NCBI GenBank assembly: GCA_038496445.1
Contig: JALMLS010000269.1
Span: 1 to 49,592, forward strand
Source of the DNA: Trichosphaerium sp. ATCC 40318
Lineage: Eukaryota; Protista; Tubulinea
Direction of reading: 5' to 3'
DNA length: 49,592 bases
The translations under genes and the position numbers were made by a program. The notes under the pieces were generated by a model. The model had not been told where the DNA came from. It did not search any database and was given only the letters and a program-made list of their open reading frames with translations. Within the stretch, counting starts at the first letter, position 1; the number at the start of each line of letters is the position of its first letter. Of this stretch, positions 1 through 15,783 are shown piece after piece.

Positions 1-153
1 TTGTAAGTTTATACTTGACACTATTTTATTTACATTAGTACTTTTTAATATATTTATACTTTTTTACTTTTATATTACACAACCATTTATATTATATTAT
101 TGTATTTTTTATGCTTACACTATTATTGGTATTATTATATTACATATTTCAAT

Positions 154-918
154 ATGTAGCTTCGCTACATAATCTTATCCACTATCATACTGCTTCGCTG
201 AATAATGCATTCCACTTTAATAGTTGCAATTTGTTTTGTTTCATTATAATATTTTGGATTTTCTCATTTTTCCACATAAAAGCGCTTTGCTTCAAAATGC
301 ATTCCACTGTGAGGTTTGTATATGTACCGCTTCGCTGAATAATGCATTCCACTTTTAAATGTTACAATTTTTGTTTCATTATAATATTTTGGATTTCTTC
401 ATTTTTTTGCATAAAGCGCTTCGCTTCAAAATGCATTCCACTTTGAGGTTTATGCATGTACCGCTTTGCTAAATAATGCATTCCACTTTAGATATTATAT
501 TGTTGTTTCACTACAATATCTTGGATTTCTTCATTTTTTTCGCATAAAGCGCTTCGCTTCAGAATGCATTCCACTTTAAGCACCGCATATGTGCCGCTTC
601 GCTGAATAATGCATCCGATATTAGGTGTCGCATGCGTACCGCTTCGCTACAGTATCTTAGATTCTTTTAATTTTTTTTTCGCATTAGATTTTGTAATATG
701 GCGCTTCGCTTCAGAATGCATTCCACCATAATCTCTGCATGCCTACCGCTTCGCTACATAATGCATTCCACTTTAGGTCCCGCATGCGTGCCGCTTCGCT
801 ACAAATTGTTGGATTCTATGAGTTTTTTGCTTTTTTGCCGCTTCGCTACAGAATGTTGTCGTTGTGACCCTATAATATATCGCTTCGCGATATATTTCTA
901 CACAGTGCTTCGCACTGT
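154..918. repeat. Subtelomere-like degenerate tandem repeat (~45-bp subunit, ~135-bp higher-order unit) built on CCGCTTCGCT...AATGCATTCCACT
   Basis: GCTTCGC at 159,192,329,418,551,596,641,703,748,793,840,882,907 (plus two GCTTTGC variants); many spacings of ~45 bp; recurring aatgcattccac. Confidence 0.85.
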
Positions 919-1010
919 TACATAGTACTATATGTATAAGTATTGGCAACATACGTTGCCTACATGCTGTTTAGCAACAGCATAGATCCTAATCCCTAAC
1001 CCTAGGGTAT
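874..1010. other. Cluster of short perfect hairpins/palindromes
   Basis: aatatatcgc-ttc-gcgatatatt (874-896), acagtgc-ttc-gcactgt (902-918), atagtactat, ggcaac-atac-gttgcc (945-960), atgctgtt-tagc-aacagcat (964-983), accctagggt. Confidence 0.8.
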
Positions 1011-1235
1011 AACCCTAATCGTTATTTTGGTATATTAGGGCTAGGGTTTGTAACCCTAATTGCAATCTGTAACTTAGGGTTAGGGTTAGGTTTGCAGCCC
1101 TAATGATTGCTATATTCTATTGTTGACTAGGGTTCAAGTTTACTCATGAACTTCCTATTAGGGTTAGGGCTAGGGTTATAGCCCTAAAGTTTATTAGGGT
1201 TACATTAGTTGCACATGACTAGGATTAGTGTTAAG
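988..1235. repeat. Degenerate telomeric-type repeats (TTAGGG and CCCTAA intermixed)
   Basis: ccctaaccctaggg, ttagggctaggg, ttagggttagggttagg (1075-1090), ttagggttagggctaggg, several ccctaa. Confidence 0.8.
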
Positions 1236-1686
1236 GTTGCAGTAAACACTATTGTTCAAAGAATAGGAGATTAAAACATATTGTTAATGTTAAAATAGAT
1301 TAGGTTTTTGTTATAACTGTATTGAATTTGATTTATGTGATAGATGTATTTTTTATATTTAAACTTAATCCAGATTACTATACCAACATTATTTATATGT
1401 TATTTATAAAGTTGAGATTGGTTGAACCAACTATATATCTTTATCATTTATTACTACTTTATTCAGTTTTGCAAAAATGCTTTAACCAAGTATGCAATTT
1501 AGAAAAGCTGTCTTCAAATAACAAACATTAAAATTAAATTACAATCATTATTATGATAACAGCAAGTTGTTTTTTGATGATACTATTGATTTACTGGTAA
1601 TCATAAAGGCAAACAAACAATAATTACAGCAAACTTTTTATTTACAATGCAAAAAAATAGTAAGTAATAAATTACACCAAGTATTG

Positions 1687-4296
1687 CTACTAAATGTTAG
1701 CCACAATAAAATAAAACAAGAACTTGCCTGAGTGAACTTGCCAGCTTTACCACCTTGTCCTCTTTTACGTGCACCTTGTGTATTCTTTTTCTTTTTGCCT
1801 CCTTTAATTTGAGAGTGTTGAATGTACTTCCTTGGTACATTCTTTTCATCAACAAGCAAGTCTTCAACCTCTTGGCTTACCTTGCCCTACAAACACCTTG
1901 AGTATGTCACAATAATGATTGTCACAAACATACCGAAATAACAACTTCAATAGCATTGCTACCTTTAGCAGCATCTGGGTTTTTTCGGACAGTGGAACTA
2001 GCTGCAAATTGTGATCCAAATTCTTTTGACATTTGCTTTGGTGTAAGCCCAAACGCTTGTAGATTCTGAATGCGTGTCATATGCCTACGGCCGCCTTGGA
2101 TGACTTCTGTAATTACAATAATTGGCTTCACAGCACCCTTCCTATAAACTAATTAGCACGTTGCAAACAATCATGGTGAGAGCTGTACTTTATTTGACGG
2201 AACCCGTCAATTGTTATAGAATGGCATGGAGAAAGCTTTGTCTTGAACCTATGTCCGCAGTCAACGTGAGGGACAGGTACAAGTAGCGTACTTTGTAATG
2301 AACTGACGTTTTTCCATAGCAGTGTTGGCTTTGTCTCTCAGCTGAAGTGCTTTGCATAAATCTTCATCTAGTGTAACAAATTGCTTCTTCTGAGGATGCT
2401 GCAAGTTTTCTTTCTTGATATAGTCCCAAAGCCTGTCTTGACACACCTTCAATGTGAATACTTCTTTTGTACTACAATGAAAGTGAGTTAGTCAGGAACA
2501 ACTAAACAGCAAAGCGAAAATGTCACAAACAAAAAAACACTGAGCGCTGCACGTACACGTCAACATCAGTGCCAACAAATAGGAAAGCAAACGGTTTAGG
2601 GAATCGCCAAAGTTCGACAATCGTCAACCTACACACTTGTAACTAACAACATACACGCAAGATCAAAAAAAAATAGAAGAAAATTAGTATAAACGTGTGG
2701 CATACTTGGATGGGCTGACTTCCTCCTCTACTTCTTGTTCTTCAACCACAAAATCTTTGTAGTCAGGGTGATTGACATTGATCGTTTTAATATTGATAAC
2801 CACCTCGTTCGTTGTTGAGTCTTCAACAGGCTTTTCTTCAGTTTTGATTAGTCTATCCTCTGCCATCTGTGCAACGAATACGCCTATTTTACCAAAAGAA
2901 CTCTTCTTGATGTCCAATGGGAATTTCTTCTTCTCATTTGCTTTCATGTGGTGACCATATAACGCATTGACAGAGATGGGTAAGTCCTCTTGAGAAAGTT
3001 CCTGCTTAATAGCCAAGAAAAAGCACCGGCGGAATTCGGCATCCATCATTTTTTGAACATCCTCCGCTTTGATTTCCCCTTGTGTTTCAGGTTCTTCCAC
3101 ATCATCAACTGTCTCTTCATCATCTTCAGCGGCATCAGTCGCTTTATCTACTGCTCATAAGCTAAGACAATTGACGAAAAAATACATGGTAAACAACAAA
3201 AAAAGAATTTGCGACACAGCGCTGTTCTCAGTTGCAACAAGTCAAATGTGTTACCTTCACCGTCTTGGCCGTTACCTTCAGCATCTTGGGTTTCACCTTC
3301 GACAGGAGCAGCGTCTGCGTCCTTATTTTCATCCTCTGCAGGCTTGTCTGTAAAAACAAGATAAATATGACAAAACAGGGAAACTAGCTTACCTTTTTTC
3401 TGCACTACAGGCGCTGGAGGTGTAGGTGGTTTTGTCTTGCTACCGTACATCCTTACAGAGATTAGCAAAAGACAGTTGGTACACTACGCACCAAAGATGG
3501 TCTCTGTAAAAGTGGAGTACTTTCAAGCCTTTCCCACGCATGCCTTCTTTACGGACGTGATCCAAATTGCACAATGTCTTACCTACAGCAATAGGTTTCC
3601 TTGTAAAAAAAAAAATAAGCGCTGACGTCAGAATGGAGCACGAGGAAATACGAGCGTCATTTGCAATGACAACGGCGAAAAACAAGAAGAAAAAAAAAAT
3701 GTAACGTGAAATCAACTATAAAAGTAGTACTAAAATACGTACTCGTGTCCCTCGATTGTAACACTCCAGGTCTCACCAGCTTCAAACTCGCCAAAACCCT
3801 CAATGCCGCCTTCTGGTACTTCGACGCCAGCAAGCATCAAATCTACGCGAAACTGCGTCAGAATTACAGTTATCTAACAACAACAAATAAAAACGTACCG
3901 GCGCCTTTGAGAATGAACGCAAACACATGCTCTTTTATTACCATAGTCTTCAAAAACACAGGGAGTTTCCAAGCGGCGTACACTAAACAAAAAATTATTA
4001 GTTTGGGGTTTTTTTTTTTTTTTTTTTTTTGACTTTAACAAAACCGAAATAAACGCGCCTGTAGGCACCAAATCGCCTCTAGTTATCTCCACGAACAACG
4101 GTTCGTCGTTAACACAGTAAATGGTTGATTTATCCTTCTGACCGATACGAGTTATTGTTCCCTTCTTCGGGAACAACGCGTCGATGGCAGCTGGGTCGAG
4201 GGACGGGTAGCATTCTAAAATTTTTGCTTTTATTCTTCTCTTCTCTGAGCTCTTCAAATTAGATTGCTTAGACGAATCAAACCCCTTCTTCCACAT
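1687..4296 (-). CDS. EIF2D: Translation initiation factor eIF2D (ligatin), multi-exon
   Basis: N-terminal MWKKGF..LKSSEKRRIK..VPTVYAAWKLP..KGADLMLAG (DUF1947/PUA); SWIB-like LWDYIKKENL; C-terminal SUI1-like RRHMTRIQNLQAFGL..FAASSTV. The 3' end is 1687 if a GC-AG intron at 1690-1727 is spliced, otherwise 1638. Confidence 0.9.
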
Positions 4297-4935
4297 GATG
4301 TCGTGTTGTATACGAGCTGAATGAACGAGAAAGAACAAGAAAAAATCGGTACGCCAACGCGGATAAAAAACATAGAAATTTTGTCACAAAAGAATGCCTA
4401 TTACCTCTATTTCGCCAAAAAGTTCAAAATTGGCGGCGCAACCGCCATTGAAGGACGCGAAGAACCAAAACGCTACTGCCGAACCACGACTTGGTTTTTA
4501 GCGAGTTCAAATAAGCCACCCGCTACGCAACCGTATCGCAGGGCTTCGTGAGAGATAGTGTTTGTATTGGTACTCAATATGGTCTATGATTGTAATGGCG
4601 TTACCATACATCGCATAGCGATTGGAGAGGTACATACCCAGTGCCAAATACCAACGAAGTGCCTACCCTCCACAAAAACGTCAAAGGCGACCAACATTTA
4701 ACAAAAAGGATACAGTCCGGTTCGTTTCCCCGCTATACATACCCTACACCTCCTCTGTTTAGTGCTGAAGAGCAGCCACGCAACGTCAATGTTGGTTGTC
4801 TATGCTCGGCGTGCAACCGCTAGTGGCGAACGACGTGAGTTGTCTGTGCTTGCTTGGTTAACGAGAAAGGGCTCGCGATGATAATCTGTTTTTTGTGATT
4901 GGGACATGCACAATCGTTCTTTTAATCAGTTGTAT

Positions 4936-5017
4936 GGCATGATGTCCGAGTGGTTAAGGAGTTAGACTCGAAATCTAATGGGCTCTGCCCGCGCAGGTTC
5001 AAATCCTGCTCATGTCG
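4936..5017 (+). tRNA. tRNA-Ser (anticodon CGA)
   Basis: Acceptor stem GGCATGA/TCATGTC+G; D-loop TGG; anticodon arm ttaga-CTCGAAA-tctaa; long variable arm gggc-tct-gccc; T-loop GGTTCAAATCC. Confidence 0.97.
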
Positions 5018-5028
5018 AATAAGTTCTC

Positions 5029-5033
5029 TTTTT
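5029..5033 (+). terminator. Probable RNA Pol III oligo-T terminator of the tRNA
   Basis: T5 run 12 nt after the tRNA 3' end. Confidence 0.6.
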
Positions 5034-5177
5034 GCCGCAAAGCGCCTTGCAGTTCTTCTACTGAAGCGGTAGTAGTAAATTTTTTCTTGTACAAACTTTG
5101 TTCGAAAAAAAACGTGTGAATTTCAGCATTTTTTACCAAAACTTACATAAAAATTGTATTCTACCCAAATTCTCCAC

Positions 5178-7390
<2,213 letters not shown>

Positions 7391-7685
7391 TTACAAACCT
7401 GTATCTACATCAACACGCGCTCTATGTGTCACAGTTAATACAATTTTTTTTTTTTCAATTGTGGCAAACCAATAAAAAATTATGTTTAAATACCAAGTAG
7501 TTCACCTAGTGAGTGGCGTAACGCATACAATAAATCACAACGAGCATAATCCTTAGGGCTTTTAGAGTACAACACGTGTTTTTTGGCTAAACGAAGAAAA
7601 AGTCTGTCACTGTAAAGTCAAACACCAAAATTTTCGTTACATTGAGTCCAGTAAGTCTGGTGCGCGTTGTTTATTGAGAAATTTG

Positions 7686-10600
7686 ATGTCTTACATCAAA
7701 ATGATGTATATCAGGCAAATAGCAACTCTTGTCGCGTGTACACTATTTACGTACGCTTTGGCGTATAGTGACGGTACTGTAGACTACAAATGGTAAAAAC
7801 ATGCGCTCCTAATTGGTCTAACTAAACAAACAGGAAAAGCGTACCTATTGGCGGAGGTGGCTTTAACGATGGTCTAATATTTCACCCGAAAGGCGCGTAT
7901 AAATGCATACGAACGTTGCAACTTCCAGAAAAACCAAAAAAGCCTGCAGTGCTAACTTGTTGGTTTAGAAAAGGACCTCATATATATGAGAACGGATGTT
8001 GGCGGGTGCTACAGATGGATAGGCGAGAATGGCGACAAGAATTGGGAACCGTTGATGGACAATTTCACGTACCATAATAAGAATTTTTATGGAGTAGAGA
8101 GTATAGCGATTGATCCTAGCGACCCTGATATATTGTATGCTGCAGCTGGTACGTCATATACGAGCCAGGCCGAGCAAGCTTACGTGACGTACCATCCTAA
8201 TAAACCACTGTAGGTATGTACGATTATTGGTCACCTAGCGATGTACTTAAGTCAACTAACCGAGGAAAAACATGGAGTCGTACTGGCCTCAACCTCAAGT
8301 ATGTATAAAGTCGTGGGTGGGAAGTCATTTGCGCTGATGAAATATAGAATGGGAGGTAATATGGATGGTAGATGGGCTGGTGAGAAGCTTGTTGTACACC
8401 CTACAAATTCAAGTATTATCTATTTTGGATCAAGGTACATTAGCGTACAACTGTTGCAGCTTACTCATGTAGGTGGGACGGTTTATGGAGATCAACGGAT
8501 GGATCTGCTACTTGGCAACCACTACATCAATTTCCGACAAAAGGGACTCCGCCTTATGGTATACAATGCTGGTAGCTAAGCTGCTAATAAATTTGCATTA
8601 GGTATAAATTTTGTACACTTTGGAAATCAGCTTCCTCTCAAAGTATATGTCGGTGTATGGAATAGAGGAATATACGAATCTAGCGACTCTGGTAACACTT
8701 GGCAATATATGTCTGGATCACCTTACATGCCGTGGAGGATGTCTCAAGTAATTCGATTGAGAAAGGTATAAACTAATATGACTTTTAGTCTACGAATGGC
8801 ATTATTTATGTCAGTGACGATATTGGCGTGTTCAAATTTGATGGCACGTGTATAAACTTTACAATTACTTTTAATTTTGCTTCAGAAAAGTGGTACAATG
8901 TAACGCCTCATTTGAGTGAAAGCGCACCTTTCTGTGGTGTAAGCGCAGATCCCTTCGATCCTAGCGGAGATACTGTAATTGCTGCACAACGTGGTGGCAA
9001 CGCGCCATACTATCGCTCTACAAGTGCGTTTTGGCATAAATTGATGTTGTGTGACATAGCGTAGATGGCGGAAAATCCTGGTACAATCTTGGAGCTAAAT
9101 GTTGTGGCAACCACGAAACTAAGCAAGTTCCTTGGTATGTAGAACCATTCCTAAAATATTCTGTTTGTGTAACAATCAAAAAAAGGTGGCCATGGTGGTA
9201 TGCTACTATATCTGTCGATTCGTTTGCATATGATCCACACCACAAAAACAAAGCGTGGATGACAAATATCCTTTATATTTTCAGCAGTTTTTTGTTCGCT
9301 TGATGTTGTCTTTAACCATCTAAAACGATTGGGGTACATGGTTCATAGAGGATGTATCTAACCAATTATACAAACATTGGTTTGCATACACAAAAGGAAT
9401 AGAGGAGGTTTTTGTTATCACTGCGCATTCTACTAGTGATGGAAACCTCCTTGTCGGCACAGCGGGTACCTTTTTTCACCATTTCTTAGAGCATGCTAGT
9501 TTATCAATTAACCACGCACAGACGTTGATGGTTTTTGGTATGCTGCAAACAATACATTCGACAAGTACCCTCAGAAGTACTTTAAAACTATGGGCATCGA
9601 CTTGGGAGACACAACATCGATTGACTCTGCTGCCACCAAACCGAGCTTGGTAGTGAGATCAGGTGAGTAAAAGAGTGAATGGGCTCATCTTTTTATAACA
9701 TAAACCAGGTAGTGACGGTGGAGGCTATTCTACTGATGGTGGAAAGGAATGGAAGTTCTTTAATAGTTTCCCTGTACATTGCACCTAAATTATGAGGAAA
9801 TATGTAACATCAGACCTAGGTTCGTCCCACCTACCCACTCGGTGGTACAGTAGCGGTTTCTTCTGACGGAAAGACAATAGTATGGCAACCTTTCAAGCAA
9901 TATCCATTCTATACAACAGACATGGGCGAAACGTGGCACAAAACAAAGGTGCGATTTTGCTTCAACGCTGGCTATCTTAGTATGGTGTTAGGGAGGACCG
10001 ATGAACAGTGACCACCAAGATTTTGAACTGGGATTGTCTAATGTTGGTATTGACAATGCTTACAACACGCAATTGGTTGCAGGTATTCAAACGTAGCTTC
10101 TCATTTTGTATTTAACTTAAGGAAGATCGATTCAATTCTAGCATCTTCTATGCATACAGTGCTGGTAATTTTTATAAATCTGAAACACGTAGTGAAATTT
10201 GGAAGATTGTATCAACAGTACCTGGTTCGAAACGAGCATGATAGTATACTCTTGCCAACAATTATTTAGGATACAATGCTTCAAATCATGTAATGCTTGT
10301 TGCTTCTACATATGTTACTGGAGAGGTTTGGGTATCCTCTGGTTTGGGCGGTTTATGGAACACAATAGATGGAGGAAGTACTTTTAGGTTTGTAGTATTG
10401 TATGTGCTGTGAGGTGCTAAAATCAAGTAGGAAGATAAAGAGTGTTTCTAATGCTTTAATGGTAGCTCTTGGTGCTGCTCCGCCACACAAGAACTACCCA
10501 ACAGTTTATGGTACACTAGTTGTAACTGTGTTTTGATTGATTTTAATTAACAATCCAGTTATGGGAACTGTTGATGGTGTAGATGGCATTTTTAGAAGTG

Positions 10601-10749
10601 ATGACAGTGGCGAACAATGGGTACGCATTGATGTGGCTTCTGTCTCTTGCGGCGATAACCCATGGACATTACTTGGGGACTCACAAGTATATGGCCGAGT
10701 ATATTGCGGAACGCTTGGACGCGGCTTGTTTGTTGGAGATGAATTGTGA
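7686..10749 (+). CDS. Secreted glycoside hydrolase family 74 (xyloglucanase-like), many exons
   Basis: Signal peptide; YKWKSVPIGGGGF..FHPK..YMRTDVGG (catalytic Asp); GVESIAIDP; GGNMDGRWAGEKL; second catalytic Asp in TADVDGF; BNR boxes (FRSDDSGEQW); end GRVYCGTLGRGL. Confidence 0.9.
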
Positions 10750-10934
10750 ATATCACATGAGTGAGTTTGGTTCTTTTTTGACAGACAAGTGCAAGAAAAT
10801 AAAGCAGCAATTTTACTGTACGAACAACAGAATGTTGCAATATATTAGTTGGTTGCGCACACGTGCGTATGCAGCGTAGAACGCTCTTGACTTGTACAAA
10901 CAAGTCAGAGTAAGGGGTTAAACATAGTAAATTG

Positions 10935-12054
10935 ATGGCAGTGAGGGTTTTTAGCGCAGGCACCGCGAATTCTAGGGCGCATTACACAAATTTCAAGTTT
11001 TATGCCGGTACATAACTCAACACGCGTCTTTGAGGTAATGTACGCGTAGGGGAGATAAATTGTAAACCAGACAATATTTCTATTCTACAGACTCACGAAA
11101 GCCTCTTTTATAACTACAAAGAGTTAGAAAATAGGCACGGCTATGTCCAGTGGCTTTTTCCTTTGTTTAAAAGTAAGTGAAATATCAAAACGGTTTCTCA
11201 AGTATCAAACTAGACAGCGGCATGAACAGCAGTGCGTGGAGACTCGAAAAAGTGCGAAGCTAGAAGGTTACAACATTAGCAACCGTTAACAGCCAAACTA
11301 AGGAAGAGGCTCACAGAATGCGTTCTGAATTGAAGATCGCACGCCGTATTGTTGTGTCGTATATGTAATACCTGCGCGTCATTTTGTGGCTAGACCTAAT
11401 TGTTCTTTAAAAAAAGGATGATGCTTGATTTCTTTGGCATGAGATTAGTAGATTTTGCCACAGGTGAAGTAGGACGTAAAGAGGGATGGGAGGTACGAAT
11501 TGAATGAATCACAAACAACGCAATGACGCGCTTTAGTATCGTTACATCAACATGCAAGAGAGAAGGCACAACAACTTGAGAATTTGTACGTGTACATTTC
11601 CTTGGCCGTAGTTGCAGATTTGCACGTGCAAACAACATTACACTAACTGCCGTAGCTCGCATATTGAAATCACTTGGCCATTTGGGATTCACTAGGTAAG
11701 ATACTAACGCCATAAATAGTCGCAGTTTAATCGATATAATGCAGATACAAACAACCGTTCATTGACCATTTGACACAAGAGGTTGAAGAAGGTAGACTGA
11801 GGTGTAGATCATCATTGACACGCTATTGGAGACCCACACTTGATCTTGATACTAAACGTTATAAGGTGGACACTTTAGAAGATGCAGAGGATAGAGAGGA
11901 TAGCATATTTCTGCAACATGTTGACAATGATACCCCAAAGTTTTACAATTTTGTAGCATCGTATGGGAGGCTTCAATCGATGCTAGAAGAGAGAAGGCGT
12001 ATTTCAAAGGAAAATGACCTAAAGATGTTACAAAGATACAAGCCAAAATATTAA
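10935..12054 (+). CDS. OGFr (opioid growth factor receptor) domain protein
   Basis: Spliced motifs NFKFY, ELENRHGYVQWLFP, MMLDFFGMRLVD..TGEV, HNNLRI/RILKSLGHLG; both ends approximate. Confidence 0.8.
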
Positions 12055-12412
12055 CGGCACTTAAAAAACACACATGCTAGAGCATATAGTGTCAGTTGTT
12101 CCGCTGTACTTAACATTCCTTACATCGAACCTTGGTACCTTAATCAGCTAACAAGGAGCAACTTAATTCTAGCATGCTTCTCTACTAAAAACAACTCGAG
12201 AATATGTGCTTAATAAAACGAAGAAAAAAAATACTTTAACCATTCCCAAAACCAAATAGACCTGAATCGCATGCACCACATGTGCGTTGAATATAATAGT
12301 AGCCAAGGTAAAATGATGTGTTGCGCAATTGTTGTATCAGATTTGGGTGTTCAAAGAATCATCCTAAACTTTTGAGCCAACTTTCTGCATATTATTATTA
12401 CTGGTTTTCCAA

Positions 12413-13948
12413 ATGCAACGCCTCATAGTTGTTGTATTGTGTGTAGTGTTATATGGCGCTTACAGTCAAATTCATGAGGATTACACAGCTGTATCGAAGC
12501 AGTTCGCTCTAAACAGCGCAAAGTCATTCCAACTTGCAAGTGTAGACGTAAAAAGCGTAGAAGCTACAGAACAAAAGCTTTTGCAAAACAGCAACAAATC
12601 ACGCCCTTTTAAATACGGTCATCCTATCGACGTAGAAATCGACTTGAAAAAGCAAGGCTCAATGCAAGTTTACAACGGTGCGTTCGATTACGAATTTTAA
12701 TTATCCGCATTAGTGTACTCACCTTTCTGTAGGCATGCGCGTGTACAGATTGAACATCCGTACAGTTGATGCTGTAAGCACAAACATAATGTACTCAAGT
12801 TTCCACTTAACGCCAGGAGCGCGTTTTTATGTGCACGGAATCGAACAAACTATTGGTGCATTCACAGCAGCGAACAACAAAAAATCTGGCAGATTTGCTA
12901 CTCAAATCGTTATGGGTGACAACGTAGTCATCGAACTAAACGAGCCTGTCGATGAGCATGACAGTAAAGTAATAGTTACAAGAGTGGTACACGGATACAA
13001 GAGCGTTGCTGGGACTGCTGGTTCTTGTAACATCAACGTAGAATGTCCTCTAGGAAAGTACGTTCTTTGTTAAATTGCTCCCAAAAAAAAAGAAGAAAAA
13101 AACAAGTTTTTGTGTTGACGACGTTGTTTGTAGTGATTGGGGTAAACAAATACGCGCAGTAGCTATGCTTGCCAATAGTTATGGGGGGTATTGCTCTGGT
13201 ACTCTATTAAATAATGTTGAGAATGATGGTAAACCTTACTTTTTGACTGCAAATCACTGTGTTTCGGACAAACCAAGCAAGGTGGAATACACGACTTTTA
13301 TTTTCAATTACCAAGCGTCAACTTGCCTTGGTTATAGTACGTACACTTTTATTGCGTTGTCTTTACTCATACCTCCATCTTTTAGCCGCATCAAAGAAAG
13401 CTTCTGTATCGGGTGGAACTATTCGTGCTCGTTCACATAACTCTGACTTTTGTCTCATTGAGTTGGATGAAAGAGTACCTCTCAGCTATAACCCATACTA
13501 TGCTGGATGGGATAGAGACACAAGGCCTTCTCAATTGTCTGTTGGTATTCATCATCCCAACGGGGATATCAAAAAGATCAGTCTCACATTTAGTACTTTA
13601 AAAAGTGCCAGAGCGCATGGTGCTTCAGTATGGCGTGTTGGTAGTTGGGATAAGGTACGAAAGAAATCTTCATAGGTTTTTTTAACCCACGTTGTTACTT
13701 ACTTTGATTGTTAGGGTACTACTGAACCAGGATCATCTGGAAGCGGTCTATTTAATGCACAGGGACTCCTCATCGGTCAGCTTTATTCAGGCACTGCAGG
13801 TTGCTATAATACAGGAGGTTATGACAACTATGGAAAATTTTTAACATCTTGGGATGATCTGAGCAATAAAAATGCTCGCTTAAGCAGTTGGCTAGATCCT
13901 TTTGGTAAAAATCCACAAAGTATTGAAGGATTTGATCCTCTAGAGTAA
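12413..13948 (+). CDS. Secreted lysyl-endopeptidase-like (Achromobacter protease I/Lys-C type, trypsin fold) serine protease
   Basis: Signal peptide and prodomain; GSCNINVEC; CSGTLLNN..PYFLTANHC (His); SDFCLIEL (Asp); GIHHPNGDIKKIS; TEPGSSGSGLF (Ser); WLDP. Confidence 0.9.
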
Positions 13949-15783
13949 CCTTGCACTTGAGTTACAACATTGTAATAAAACAAAAGCATTTTAGTTTTTT
14001 ACTTGTATTTATTTTACCATCTTCGAACAAAAACAGATCGCAGCATGACTCGCCTATCAAATACTGATACAAATACACTGATGGTACTACATCACCTTGG
14101 AGTGTTCCACTTGATACCAAAAAAGGACGATTTTAAGATTGGTTTTCGTGTTGTTTTTTATTTTAGAGCAAAGGATCCTAACAGTTGTACAAAATAGCAA
14201 TTTTGGTGACGTATTTGGCAAGTGTCTGAACTACATTTTTAATTCATACTTTTTTGTTGGACAAGCGACGCTATAGGCATTTAGTTTAATGGCAACGGCT
14301 ATCTGAGAAATCAAGGAAACTAATGTTGCTTGCAACAACTACAGCAGAAATCTGCTTTAATAAAGCGACTTGGTTATCTTACAACTGGTCATTGTTTATC
14401 ACGTGCTGTTTGAAGTGCTTGCTTCCGGTAGCAGTTTTAGTAGTGTTAACACTCGCTATGCTTCATATTACGAAACCAGATAACCACATTAACAAAGAAA
14501 AATTCAAAAACAAAACAGCCTCTACGACATTCCAAAAGAAAACTGAAGTCGGGTGTCCTAAGTTTGAGATAGCTACGTACAAAGCTAATAGCTAGTAATT
14601 TGCTTGCAAAAAGTGCCGGACAAAATATGTTCGTAACAAAGGAAGAATTCTAAGCTTCAAATGTACTAATAATGATCTACCTCATGCAATAAAATTTGCA
14701 AAGCTACGCAACGGGCAAACGGAGAAAATATATGCCCACTTTTAATATGAAATAGGTTCACATACGAAGCGTTTCTTTCGTGGTTCTTTGTGTCTACACG
14801 AGGTACCAAAGAATAGTATGGGTACGCGAGAGTAGGCAAAAGGTAAATCCCGAGTTGACGTTTCAATACAATACGATTGTGTAGCAGTATACTGTCCATA
14901 CTCTTTCACTTGTTCGTAAGGGAAACTTGTTTGAAAAGGGACAGAGGTGAACTAAAACGGAAAAAAGATTCCACGTGTCATAGATCGTACATACGAAAAA
15001 AAAAAAGTAGGAGAAACTTGGACAGAGCGACGCAATTTATACCTTGGTATTGAACGTGACTTGGTGTTTTGGGTTGGCGGTACACTTACCTTTTTGTGCG
15101 TACCTGCTAAAAAAGAATATTCATTTGTGTTTTGGTTGCCGCTTGTGTCGGGTAATGCTGGAGAAGTTCGGGTAGTCATTTCGGCGCAGGGCCTGTAAAC
15201 TACATTTTTCGGTTGGTCAATCCCCCGAATACAGTTTCTCGCTATCTCAACGCTGTCATAGACTCTATAGACTACTACAGACGCAAGGAAGAGTCGCTTT
15301 ACTTACGGATTGAAGTTGAACTCATGTGATTTTCTATCGTGTTGTTTAATCTCTTCCTACGGGCACTCTTGGCTATTTTCAAAAGTAGCGCTGTGATACA
15401 ATGATACGCTAGTACCCAAATCGTATCACAATATAACAGCAGCGAAATAAAAAGCCCAAAGTTGAGGCCTCATAAAAAAAAAAAAGAACTAACTAAACCA
15501 AGAACAACCGAGTAAGTGTTGTACCTAAATCACGTTTTTTTTTTTTGAGCACAGTTCGCTTTTTTTCTGCACCGCTTTACATCGCTCCAAATTCTCTTGT
15601 ATGTTTTTAACAAGTTATTGATATCGTCGCTAGCAAGTAACTTACTTACGCTAGGGTGTTTGTCCGAAAAAGGGTACACAAGCTTTTTTTTGAAATTTAA
15701 TCAAATTTCCAGTACGTAACAAAAAGTTTGCACACAAATTTCTCCTCTCAACACAAGTAACAACAGCTCACCAAACGGCTACA

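Noticed and set aside
111-1531. Short ORFs at the left end
   Set aside because: Arise from AT-rich low-complexity and repeat sequence; no protein motifs
14003-15179. ORFs between the protease and the LPMO
   Set aside because: No recognisable motifs or consistent splice structure; left unannotated
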